A DNA stretch of 63,145 nucleotides from SAR202 cluster bacterium (GTDB lineage: Bacteria > Chloroflexota > Dehalococcoidia > Lucifugimonadales > UBA826), in contig RQOP01000005.1 of assembly GCA_008373095.1 (NCBI GenBank), positions 1-63,145 on the forward strand, in the 5' to 3' direction. Of this stretch, positions 26,670-35,596 are shown one piece after another. The notes below the pieces were generated by a model, which saw only the letters and a list, made by a program, of their open reading frames with translations, made no database searches and was not told the origin of the DNA. The translations under genes and the position numbers were made by a program. Positions within the stretch are counted from its first letter, which is position 1; each line of letters opens with the position of its first letter.

Positions 26670-27104
26670 CACCAAAACCCAAATACTTATCACAAGCTTG
26701 GAAGTCCACAGAATAGTCCTAATCCAGTTAGTATTTACCAATTTTTCGGTATACATGATTTGATTTTCAGGAAATTCCAGCCGTTGGTGATAGGGGATTT
26801 GAAGAAATGCTGTGGAAACCCAAATCACACACACCAAAGTGGTATTGATTACCAAGAGCCCAACTGCAACATCCGGGATAAATACTAATAAGATCAAAGC
26901 AATACCTGCTTCAAGGGTCATAGCCAAGGCAACTAATGGTGTGATTTTTTTTACATGGCCGGAGTGGTATTTTTGAAAATCACCAGCATCTACATAGGAA
27001 AATAAAGGATAGGAAACTAACTGAATTAGCCATATTAGCCCAACCATAAAAGAAGAAACCACCAAATTAAGAATCACGGCGAATAAAAAAATTTGCTCTG
27101 GCAC
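26652..27104 (-). CDS. Conserved 4-TM membrane protein
   Basis: GLIWLIQLVSYPLF, H..ITPLV..MTLE, STAFLQIPYH, LVNTNWIRT.LW pattern; four TM segments. Confidence 0.7.
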   Translation of the reverse strand: MPEQIFLFAVILNLVVSSFMVGLIWLIQLVSYPLFSYVDAGDFQKYHSGHVKKITPLVALAMTLEAGIALILLVFIPDVAVGLLVINTTLVCVIWVSTAFLQIPYHQRLEFPENQIMYTEKLVNTNWIRTILWTSKLVISIWVLVSFVGF

Positions 27105-27180
27105 ATTCCTTCCTAAAACAATTGCAAAATAATTTCAAACGTCGATTTAATTTCGCTTAGGCACGTCTTTGATTTTCGAT

Positions 27181-28071
27181 TCATTTTGAAAATGACATTA
27201 AACTATTAACTGATGTCCCGAGCGCTTCAGCCAGTTTAAATAGTGCAGCCATAGTTAAATTTTGCTTACCGTTCTCTACCAAGCTTATATATGCTCTATC
27301 CACTCCTGCGAGGGTAGCTAATTCACCTTGATTTAGTCCCTTTGACCTTCGTATTTCCAAAACTTTCCCTCCAATTCCAGAAAGCATCTCCTGCAAGGAT
27401 AGATTTCCGGACCCAATCCCCATTGCCTCGTGTAAAACAGTTAGCCCTGTCGCAGAGTTATCAACGATTGCAGCGCCACCAACTTGATCATTAAACCCCT
27501 TAAAGGCCGGTCCTCCCAAGATAATGTACGGAGGGTTTTCTATGGACTCTATGATATTCACCGAGGACTCTACGCTAGGAATGTTAGTAGGAAGAACTAC
27601 TGACAAAGCAACTACATCCACCTCTATTTCTGATAGATATTTAGCAAGGTCTTCTCCCGGAGTATCAACCCCAATATATTCAACATCCCACCCGTCTAGA
27701 AAAAGCAGATTTGCAAACATTTTTGCGCCCATCCAGTGGTTTTCTCCCGAAGGAGAGGTCACAAGAGCACGGAGACCGTTATTAGATAGTCTCATGGAAT
27801 TTTCAACGACCATATTTATCAAGCTGTCAACGATTTGGCTGGCATGATGCTCATGAGCGATAGTAATCCTCCCTTCATGCCATAATTCCCCTATCTCTAC
27901 CATCGCTGGAGTGATTACTGAATTATAAATAGCCACTGGAGTGCAGTTGTATCTCAAAGCCTCATCTATGACAGCAACACTCCCCGTCCGATCCACAGCG
28001 GTCAAATTATTTAACAATCTACCCTTGAAACGATTTAGCAGAACGAAATCATCACTCTTACGACTCGTCAT
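27181..28071 (-). CDS. Cobalamin-binding (CarH/LitR photoreceptor-type) regulator with C-terminal XRE helix-turn-helix
   Basis: WHEGRITIAHEH = W-x9-EH; GENHWMG = ExHxxG; IGVDTP, VALSV, ILGG of the B12 Rossmann domain; C-terminal IRRSKGLNQGELATLAGVDRAYISLVENGKQN..LFKLAEALG = HTH_XRE. ATG 28071 overlaps the upstream stop. Confidence 0.9.
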   Translation of the reverse strand: MTSRKSDDFVLLNRFKGRLLNNLTAVDRTGSVAVIDEALRYNCTPVAIYNSVITPAMVEIGELWHEGRITIAHEHHASQIVDSLINMVVENSMRLSNNGLRALVTSPSGENHWMGAKMFANLLFLDGWDVEYIGVDTPGEDLAKYLSEIEVDVVALSVVLPTNIPSVESSVNIIESIENPPYIILGGPAFKGFNDQVGGAAIVDNSATGLTVLHEAMGIGSGNLSLQEMLSGIGGKVLEIRRSKGLNQGELATLAGVDRAYISLVENGKQNLTMAALFKLAEALGTSVNSLMSFSK

Positions 28072-29518
28072 ATTCACTACCCCCAAAACGCATTTGAATA
28101 ACTTTTCTTCTGTAGGAAAATATCCTTATCAACATATTTTTGATCAAATATTTGTGAACAACTCTTCCTATAACCCAACCAGGCACCCTGTAAAAAACTT
28201 TGTCTTCCATCCGACAATTTGAATCCCCGTCAGCCACGATGCGATGCTGATGCCACCAAAGACTATATGGTCCTTTTTTTTGGAAATCTATAAATACTTC
28301 ATCCGGTGACCACTTCACTATCTCCGTTCTCCACTTCATCGGAAGAATTCCAAGTTTGATTTTGTATTCAAATTCAGAGCCTTCAATTATCTCAGGTGGA
28401 GACTCTGTTATATGAAATCCCATCCATTTCGGAGTTGCCAATCCCAAATTAAGAGGAGAGGAAAAGAAGTTAAATGCAGCCTCAGAATTAACCGCAAGCC
28501 TCACGGAAGTTTCAATTCTATAGTCGGCCTGAGAAAGCTTCTTTGAATATTTCAGAGAAGTATCAAAGGTCTCTTTATTTGAATCGACTTTAACAACACT
28601 TACTTTTTCTGGTGTACATTCTTCAGTGAGAGCATTTTCCAGTTCGTCATACTTGAACTTGAAGTTCCTTTGTAGCAAAGCTTCTGGTAGAGCGTTCTGA
28701 CTGTTGGTTAGCACCTTCTCTCCCTCTGCAAAAACCAATTTCAAGCAGATGGAAGGTAATCCAATAACAATTTTTGCTCCCAATATCTTAGCCAAACAGT
28801 TAGAAAAAGGCTTACTCCTGACTGGATTGGGAGCAGTACAATTTAAGGGCCCTGATATACCATCATCGTTGATTGCGAGATCGATAATCCTCAAAAGATC
28901 AAAATAATGAATCCAAGGGACCCATTGGCGCCCATCTCCCACATAACTACCAATTCCCATCTCAAAAGGAAAAGACAACTGATTTAAAAATCCACTTTCT
29001 CTTCCAAGGACTACCCCCAGCCGCAACGTACAGACCCTAGTACCAAAATTTTGAGCCTCCAAAGCTGCCTTTTCCCAAGAATCACACAACTCGGAAAGGT
29101 AACCTTGGCCAATTCCGGACTCTTCAGTGATTTTTTCATCGCCTCTATCGCCATAGTAGCCAACAGCACTGGCTGAAATTAGAACAGCTGGTGGAAGTTC
29201 ACAGTTTTCCATAATCGAGACAAGTCGCTCTGTCACACCCACCCTACTGTCGTAAAATTCTCTCTTTTTTGAATCCGACCACCTCACTGGCGCCAAAGGG
29301 CGTCCAGTCAAATTAACAATGACATCTGCATCCTCAAAAGCACTTGCCAAGTCATCATCAGATTGTCCAAACGCGAGAATGCTGACACCTGCACCCAGTT
29401 GCTCTGCAGCCTTTTCAGGATTCCTCACGATAGCCGTCACAGCATGACCTTTACCTCGTAGAAATGAAACTAACTCACTTCCAATAAATCCCGTAGCACC
29501 CGCGATAATTACATTCAT
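28058..29518 (-). CDS. TIGR01777-family NAD-dependent epimerase fused to C-terminal SRPBCC/cyclase-like domain
   Basis: AGATGFIG, VNLTG, ISASAVGYYG, LRLGVVL, WVPWIH, NCTAP; C-terminal FFSSPLNL..TP, KWRTEI..FIDFQKKGPYSLWWHQH. Confidence 0.9.
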   Translation of the reverse strand: MNVIIAGATGFIGSELVSFLRGKGHAVTAIVRNPEKAAEQLGAGVSILAFGQSDDDLASAFEDADVIVNLTGRPLAPVRWSDSKKREFYDSRVGVTERLVSIMENCELPPAVLISASAVGYYGDRGDEKITEESGIGQGYLSELCDSWEKAALEAQNFGTRVCTLRLGVVLGRESGFLNQLSFPFEMGIGSYVGDGRQWVPWIHYFDLLRIIDLAINDDGISGPLNCTAPNPVRSKPFSNCLAKILGAKIVIGLPSICLKLVFAEGEKVLTNSQNALPEALLQRNFKFKYDELENALTEECTPEKVSVVKVDSNKETFDTSLKYSKKLSQADYRIETSVRLAVNSEAAFNFFSSPLNLGLATPKWMGFHITESPPEIIEGSEFEYKIKLGILPMKWRTEIVKWSPDEVFIDFQKKGPYSLWWHQHRIVADGDSNCRMEDKVFYRVPGWVIGRVVHKYLIKNMLIRIFSYRRKVIQMRFGGSEYDES

Positions 29519-29590
29519 CAGTGATAGGTTCCCTGAGCATCTCAATACACAAAACGTAAGAGTTACTTAATGCACTTTTTAAACTATTTC

Positions 29591-29619
29591 TTGTACTATA
29601 ACACAATAATGTGTATTAT
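29591..29619 (+). promoter_or_regulatory. Sigma70-type promoter of the lipid-modification operon
   Basis: TTGTAC, 17 nt, TATTAT; palindrome ATAAT-GTGT-ATTAT (29606-29619) overlaps the -10. Confidence 0.5.
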
Positions 29620-29658
29620 GGAACATGTGGTCTCAAAAAATTTAGGAGTCTCTTGAGT

Positions 29659-30183
29659 ATGACAAATGTCTTAGTATTTTTCCTCGTCAACCTAGTAGGG
29701 GGGGTTGCTGTTTTAGGTTCATACGTTGTCGGGCTTTACATTTATCCTGACTTCAGAAATGCCTTGTGGGGGGGAGTTGCGGGGAGTTGGAAATCCCTTT
29801 TCACTGTTTCTATGTTTTTCGCCGCAGCAGGATACCTAATATTCTGTTATTCAATGACAATTTCTGGCGCAGCGGATAAATCATCGTTTTTGGGTGGGCA
29901 CACTTTTTCCATACTTGCTGCATTTTTCTTGTTTTCGGCTTCAATCTGGATGCCAGCAACGCTGAAATATCTTGCGACCGACGATAATTTATGGTGGATA
30001 TTATCAGTTATTTCTCTATGGATCACTGCTGCTTCCTTGTGTTTGCTAACAGTGTCTTTTGGCCTATCTAACTACGATGGTATTGGAACATTACAATTTT
30101 CATTAACATTAGTGGGAATTATTTGGATAACATTCCATTGCCTTGTATTTGACGCCATTATCTGGGTGACCAAGTTCCATTAG
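29659..30183 (+). CDS. Hypothetical multi-pass membrane protein
   Basis: AGGAG RBS 10 nt before ATG 29659; five hydrophobic segments; LWGGV motif. Confidence 0.75.
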   Translation: MTNVLVFFLVNLVGGVAVLGSYVVGLYIYPDFRNALWGGVAGSWKSLFTVSMFFAAAGYLIFCYSMTISGAADKSSFLGGHTFSILAAFFLFSASIWMPATLKYLATDDNLWWILSVISLWITAASLCLLTVSFGLSNYDGIGTLQFSLTLVGIIWITFHCLVFDAIIWVTKFH

Positions 30184-30217
30184 AGGTAAAAAAACCAAAG
30201 GGGAATCAGGTGTAAAT

Positions 30218-31303
30218 ATGGATCCAACGTATAAGTCAAAGATGACAACCTATGTAAACGAGCAGATACCAAAATTAAAAACAGTAAATAATGACGACCT
30301 GGAGTCAATGTTTGAAAATTTCTCCCCTGACCAGATAGTTGAAACAAGTGGGCTTACCGCAGAAGAAGTCGTGGATTCATTTAGGCTGTCACTAATAACA
30401 GAATCACTTACCGAGCAATATTCAGAAACTTACAAATTGGGAGCCAAAATGTTTGGTGCCGAATGGCTCAATGATTATGTAGTTGGTTTTTGGGAACCAG
30501 ATGAAAATGGGCATGCAGACCCATTTAAAAACATACTCTTGGATTTCGGAGTGGATCAGAAAGTGATCACCGATGAAATAAATGAAGCGAAGCACACTAC
30601 AGATTATAAAATACATCATGAGGCGGGGTTCTCACCGATAGCTTTAACCACATATGGGATGATACAGGAGTGCATTACCGACTACTGGTATGAATTGCAA
30701 AGAGATTTTTTCCCAAAGTCCAGTAACACAAACAAAGTAATCAGCAAAGTCAAAGGCAGAGAAGCCCTCCACACGGTGCAGTTTAGAGATCTAACCGCAT
30801 TTCAACTAGAGGCGGACCCTTCCTTGCTGCCCGAAATCATCCATTCCACAATAAATTTTTCGATGCCCTCAAACCACATACCAGTTGTGCAGGACATAGA
30901 GGCCAAGACTCAAGAATGGTTACCTAAAATGGACGGAGATGTAACTGAATTATTGAGGCGCATAATATTTCATATAAACGGTTCTCTAAATGACAAAACC
31001 CGTCTAGGACAACTTCTTACAGAATACGCATCTGCCAGTGAGAGTAGATTTTTGTCTCTAGTTCCTAACCATGTTCTCTCTGGTGCGATATCACACGTCA
31101 AAGGTGGTTATGGGCTAGTTGGTGAAATAATTCTCGAACAACTTGGACTCACTGCTAGTGAGCCAGATATGCCTAAAGATTTTAATGAATCAATCCAATT
31201 CAAAATTAAGTCAATACTGAAGCGATGGGCCATTAAACGAATGGACTTGGAAGGATTACTGCATTCAAACAATCTAATAGCTTCCACACAACAAAATGAC
31301 TGA
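30218..31303 (+). CDS. Ferritin-like di-iron protein, acyl-ACP desaturase-like
   Basis: WEPDENGH, YGMIQECIT and GREALH align with the WTAEENRH / FQERAT / DEKRH ligand pattern of soluble desaturases. Confidence 0.7.
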   Translation: MDPTYKSKMTTYVNEQIPKLKTVNNDDLESMFENFSPDQIVETSGLTAEEVVDSFRLSLITESLTEQYSETYKLGAKMFGAEWLNDYVVGFWEPDENGHADPFKNILLDFGVDQKVITDEINEAKHTTDYKIHHEAGFSPIALTTYGMIQECITDYWYELQRDFFPKSSNTNKVISKVKGREALHTVQFRDLTAFQLEADPSLLPEIIHSTINFSMPSNHIPVVQDIEAKTQEWLPKMDGDVTELLRRIIFHINGSLNDKTRLGQLLTEYASASESRFLSLVPNHVLSGAISHVKGGYGLVGEIILEQLGLTASEPDMPKDFNESIQFKIKSILKRWAIKRMDLEGLLHSNNLIASTQQND

Positions 31304-32489
31304 ATTGACAGAAAGTCTAGGCAAAAGATTGTCTCCTCTAATTCTACCTAGATTTAGAGGAATTGGCGTTTTAGTTGAAACCCCCGACGGTGCAGTGCAC
31401 CGATTGGACAATCATGACCCAGAAAATGTTCACGCTATCACCATAAAAAAATGGAGTTTCTTCTATGACCTGCTAGTAGGATATGACCTCGGGTTTGCAG
31501 AGTCCTACATAAATGAAAAATGGGAATGCACTAACCTACCAGATCTTTTCAAGCATCTATCAAAATCAGCACCTGACAACGCTATATCTAGATTATCAAA
31601 ATATTTCCCTAAAAAAATTAAATCTAGAATCTGGCAACGAGTCAGGTCATCAAATACTATTAAATGGGCAAAAAGAAACATAGAAGAACATTACGATCTA
31701 AGCAATGAGTTTTTTAGCTCCTTTTTAGACCCGTCTATGACATATTCATCTGGAATATATGACTCCCCTGATGAAGACCTATCAGTAGCTCAAAACAGAA
31801 AATTAGAAACCTTACTTGAAAATAGCGCAATCAATGAGGGTGACCAGATATTAGATATCGGATGTGGTTGGGGAAGTTTAGTGTTTAAAGCAGCCTCTGA
31901 ATACAACTGCGGGGTTGCAGGGGTTACCTTATCCAGAAACCAATATAAATACACTTCAAGCCTTTTGAAGAACCACAAGCTTTCCAATAAGACAAAAATA
32001 ATGTTGATGGATTACAGGGAAATAGAAAATAAGTTTGACCATATTTTTTCTATTGAAATGCTTGAAGCCGTTGGGCACAAAGGAATAAATGAATTCTTCA
32101 AAAAATGTGCTCAGATTTTAAACAAAAATGGCACCATACAGGTGCAAGTAATTACTATTCCTGACGAACATTACGATTCATACAGAAAAAACTGTGACTT
32201 CATACAAAAATACATATTCCCCGGCGGTATGCTCCCTTCATTAGGAATAATCCAAAAATCTGCTCAAGAAAATGGTTTTGAAATATTAAAAATGAGGTCT
32301 CTGGGAAGCGATTATGTCAAAACCTTAAGAGCGTGGAGAAATAACTTATATTCGAATCGCCAAAATTGGAAGGACATTGGTTTTGACAATTCCGACTACA
32401 GAAAATTTGAATACTACTTCAGCTATTGTGAAGGTGGATTTGACTCAGGACATATAGACAACTACCAAATATCATTTAAGCGTCTTTAG
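31296..32489 (+). CDS. CFA-synthase-family SAM methyltransferase (UfaM-like)
   Basis: LGFAESYI, HYDLSNEFF, MTYSS, LDIGCGWGS, SIEMLEAVG, FIQKYIFPGG, YFSYCEGGF. Confidence 0.92.
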   Translation: MTELTESLGKRLSPLILPRFRGIGVLVETPDGAVHRLDNHDPENVHAITIKKWSFFYDLLVGYDLGFAESYINEKWECTNLPDLFKHLSKSAPDNAISRLSKYFPKKIKSRIWQRVRSSNTIKWAKRNIEEHYDLSNEFFSSFLDPSMTYSSGIYDSPDEDLSVAQNRKLETLLENSAINEGDQILDIGCGWGSLVFKAASEYNCGVAGVTLSRNQYKYTSSLLKNHKLSNKTKIMLMDYREIENKFDHIFSIEMLEAVGHKGINEFFKKCAQILNKNGTIQVQVITIPDEHYDSYRKNCDFIQKYIFPGGMLPSLGIIQKSAQENGFEILKMRSLGSDYVKTLRAWRNNLYSNRQNWKDIGFDNSDYRKFEYYFSYCEGGFDSGHIDNYQISFKRL

Positions 32490-32491
32490 TT

Positions 32492-33526
32492 ATGTGGTAC
32501 GAATCATTAGCTTACAGCGGATTAATACCAGACATTTTAATAAGAGCTCTCATCCGATACAAATTGGATAAATATGAAGAATACGTAGGAAATCTTTCTC
32601 CAAATTCAATACGCCAAATCAAAGATGAATTCATCACTATAGCCTCCCAGGGGCCGATAGCAATCGAAACACAAGCAGCCAATTCTCAACATTACGAATT
32701 CCCCACTACATTTTATTCTTCCATTCTTGGTCCCACACTAAAGTACAGTGGATCTATGTGGAATTCAGATGCAAATAATCTGGAAACAGCAGACTTAGAA
32801 ACCTTGAAAATCTACACTTCACGGGCGCAAATACAAAACGGACAATCAGTGCTCGATATCGGGTGCGGATGGGGATCATTGTCGTTGTATATTGGCAAAA
32901 CATTCAATGACTGCAAGGTGACAGCCTTAACAAACTCAACGACACAACAAGAATATTTAAATGCTCAGATACAAAAGCACAACCTGGTCAACGTAAGTGT
33001 TACCAAAATTAACATTAACGACTTTCAACCAGTCGATAAATACGACCGGGCTTTATCTATAGAAATGTTTGAACACACAAGAAACACAAAACTACTCATG
33101 GAAAAGATTAATGGTTGGTTGAACCATGAAGGAAAATTGTTTATACAAGTTTTCTCCCATTCCACGTACCCGCAGTTCTTTGACGACTATTCAGACTCTT
33201 GGATGTCACGCAATTTTTTCAGTGGGGGGATGATGCCATATTCCGGATTCCATCACGAAATTTCCAAGTGTTTAAACCTAGCAGAAATATGGGAAGAATC
33301 TGGTATTAACTACCATAGGACTTTGGAAGCATGGCTTAATAATTTGGATTCCTCAAAAAAAGAATTGGTTGGGTCATTGGAAATACCAGATCAATCCACC
33401 TCACCCAAATTAGCAATAAACAAGTTTCGCATATTTCTTCTGTTTTGCTCAGAATTATTCAACCATAATCAGGGTATGTCCTGGAAAATAATGAATTATC
33501 TTTTTACCAAACAGGAGACTCGCTAA
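32492..33526 (+). CDS. Second CFA/coclaurine-N-methyltransferase-like SAM methyltransferase
   Basis: AANSQHYE..FY..LG..LKYS, LDIGCGWGSL, SIEMFEH, WMSRNFFSGG. Confidence 0.88.
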   Translation: MWYESLAYSGLIPDILIRALIRYKLDKYEEYVGNLSPNSIRQIKDEFITIASQGPIAIETQAANSQHYEFPTTFYSSILGPTLKYSGSMWNSDANNLETADLETLKIYTSRAQIQNGQSVLDIGCGWGSLSLYIGKTFNDCKVTALTNSTTQQEYLNAQIQKHNLVNVSVTKININDFQPVDKYDRALSIEMFEHTRNTKLLMEKINGWLNHEGKLFIQVFSHSTYPQFFDDYSDSWMSRNFFSGGMMPYSGFHHEISKCLNLAEIWEESGINYHRTLEAWLNNLDSSKKELVGSLEIPDQSTSPKLAINKFRIFLLFCSELFNHNQGMSWKIMNYLFTKQETR

Positions 33527-33528
33527 AG

Positions 33529-34785
33529 TTGGAAATCGGCATTGTTGGCAGCGGTATTTCAGGTATATCTGCAGCTTACCACCTTCAAAACCAACATAAA
33601 ATCACTCTTTTTGAAAGAGAAGACAGTTTAGGAGGCCATACTAACAGCATCGCTGTCTCCGATGATGAGGGCCAATCCTTCAACATAGATACAGGATTCA
33701 TAGTATTCAATGACAGAAACTATAAACATTTTTCAAAATTCATAGAAGAATTGGAGGTACCTACAGTGGAGACAGACATGTCTTTCTCTTATACAGATTC
33801 TTCTAAATCCATTGGATACGCTGGAACTTCGAATGGCTTGTTTCCTACCGTTAAATCTTTCTTAAATCCGAGACATACATGGCGTCTGTGGAACATCTAT
33901 AAATACTCCAAATTATTAGACGCTAACTCCGATAAATTTAGTGACCGCAGTATCTCTATATATGATGCTTTGAAGGGATTCCAATGTCCTGATGATGTGA
34001 TTGACTCATACTTTACACCGATAGCATCCGCTATTTGGTCTTGCAATCAAAAAGATTCCCAAAAAATACCTGCCAACGCGTACGTAAATTTCTTTCAGAA
34101 TCACGGTTTATTATCCATATCAGAAAGACCTGCTTGGTTCACAATAAAAGGCGGTAGCAAACAATACCTGAAAAAATTTGAAGAAACCTTTAAGGGAAAT
34201 ATTAAAAAAAGGAACAAAGTAGTTTCTATTATTGAAAATTCCTCAAAAGTGGAGGTTCGTTGCCTAAACGAACCAGCTATTTCATTTGACGCAGTTATCT
34301 TAGCCACTCATGCAGATATCTCGGCGAAAATACATACCAATACTCCTGACTCCAAAATGGAGGTGCTGAATCAATATAAATATTCAGATAATTTTGCAGT
34401 TCTTCATAAGGATGTCACTTATATGCCCTCAAATGAAAAAGTGTGGGCTTCCTGGAACGTGAAGAGGCAAAATCAAGCAAACCAAATATCATCTTTTGAA
34501 GTCACTTACAATATGAATCGGCTGCAACGGCTTACATCAAAAACAAACTTTCTTGTCACACTAAACCCGACTCAGCCTCCAGACCCTAACATGACTTTAT
34601 ACTCTACGAAGTACACGCATCCAATTCTTTCTTTTGACTGTTCTGACAACGAAAAACATTTCGACATATTGAATTCAACAGGTAGGGTTTTCTTTTGTGG
34701 GGCATATTTAGGTTATGGCTTTCATGAAGATGGGTTCGTATCTGGCATGAAAGCAGCTCAATCAATCAACAAATTGCCAGGGTAA
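33529..34785 (+). CDS. FAD-dependent amine-oxidase-fold protein (UfaD/RSP_1091-like)
   Basis: GSGISG, GGHTN, IDTGFIVFNDRNY, WASWN, TYNMNRLQ, CGAYLGYGFHEDG. Confidence 0.9.
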   Translation: MEIGIVGSGISGISAAYHLQNQHKITLFEREDSLGGHTNSIAVSDDEGQSFNIDTGFIVFNDRNYKHFSKFIEELEVPTVETDMSFSYTDSSKSIGYAGTSNGLFPTVKSFLNPRHTWRLWNIYKYSKLLDANSDKFSDRSISIYDALKGFQCPDDVIDSYFTPIASAIWSCNQKDSQKIPANAYVNFFQNHGLLSISERPAWFTIKGGSKQYLKKFEETFKGNIKKRNKVVSIIENSSKVEVRCLNEPAISFDAVILATHADISAKIHTNTPDSKMEVLNQYKYSDNFAVLHKDVTYMPSNEKVWASWNVKRQNQANQISSFEVTYNMNRLQRLTSKTNFLVTLNPTQPPDPNMTLYSTKYTHPILSFDCSDNEKHFDILNSTGRVFFCGAYLGYGFHEDGFVSGMKAAQSINKLPG

Positions 34786-34789
34786 TAAA

Positions 34790-35596
34790 TTGAGATCCTA
34801 TATTGTGTCTGGAATTTTAGATCATCAAAGGTACGGTCCGTCTTCACATTCATTCAGATTTAAACACACCATGTTGATGTTAAACACTGACCACCTAGAA
34901 TCCCCAAAAAAGCTATGTTCACTTATTTCTATTGAGAAAACAGGTGTGTTATCGATCAATTTTAAAAATATGATCGATGCAACAAACAAACCTATCGGAG
35001 AAAAAATTCAACGTCTCTTTAAACTACAAGGCAATCAATCCAAATCTTCTAACTCTTTCGCAGTCACTACCCCTTCAGTTCTCGGATACAGCTTCAACCC
35101 AGCATCCTTCTACTTTGTAATAAATGATGAAGATAAGATAGAAAATTGTGCGGTAGAAGTTCATAACACTTTCAATGAATCACACCTTTATATATTAAAT
35201 TCACCTACAGCAGGTTCATCTAAATCAAGTAAATATACCCATGAAAAACAATTCCATGTGTCACCTTTTATAGGAAGGGAAGGCAATTATGAATTCGAAT
35301 TTGAATTAACAGCAACTTATCTGAAGATTAACATAACCCTTTTCCACAACAATCAGCCAATAATATCTACAAGATACCTCGGTGAATTGATACCTTTGAC
35401 CAGGAAAAATCTATTCTTGAACATTAGGCAATTGATATTTACTGTCCTACTAACAGAGTCCAGAATATTGAAACAAGCATATAAATTGCATTTTCGGAAA
35501 AAACTTCCTCTTTTCAATAAACCAATCCCCTTAGCTATGACAAAAATTGCTCTTTCTAGGGGTTTTATATCCAAACTGAAGATACCTTTCGTATGA
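34790..35596 (+). CDS. DUF1365 protein (UfaO/RSP_1090-like)
   Basis: H.RYGP..HSF, P.VLGYSFNPASFY, EVHNTF.E.H.Y, KQFHVSPF. Confidence 0.9.
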   Translation: MRSYIVSGILDHQRYGPSSHSFRFKHTMLMLNTDHLESPKKLCSLISIEKTGVLSINFKNMIDATNKPIGEKIQRLFKLQGNQSKSSNSFAVTTPSVLGYSFNPASFYFVINDEDKIENCAVEVHNTFNESHLYILNSPTAGSSKSSKYTHEKQFHVSPFIGREGNYEFEFELTATYLKINITLFHNNQPIISTRYLGELIPLTRKNLFLNIRQLIFTVLLTESRILKQAYKLHFRKKLPLFNKPIPLAMTKIALSRGFISKLKIPFV

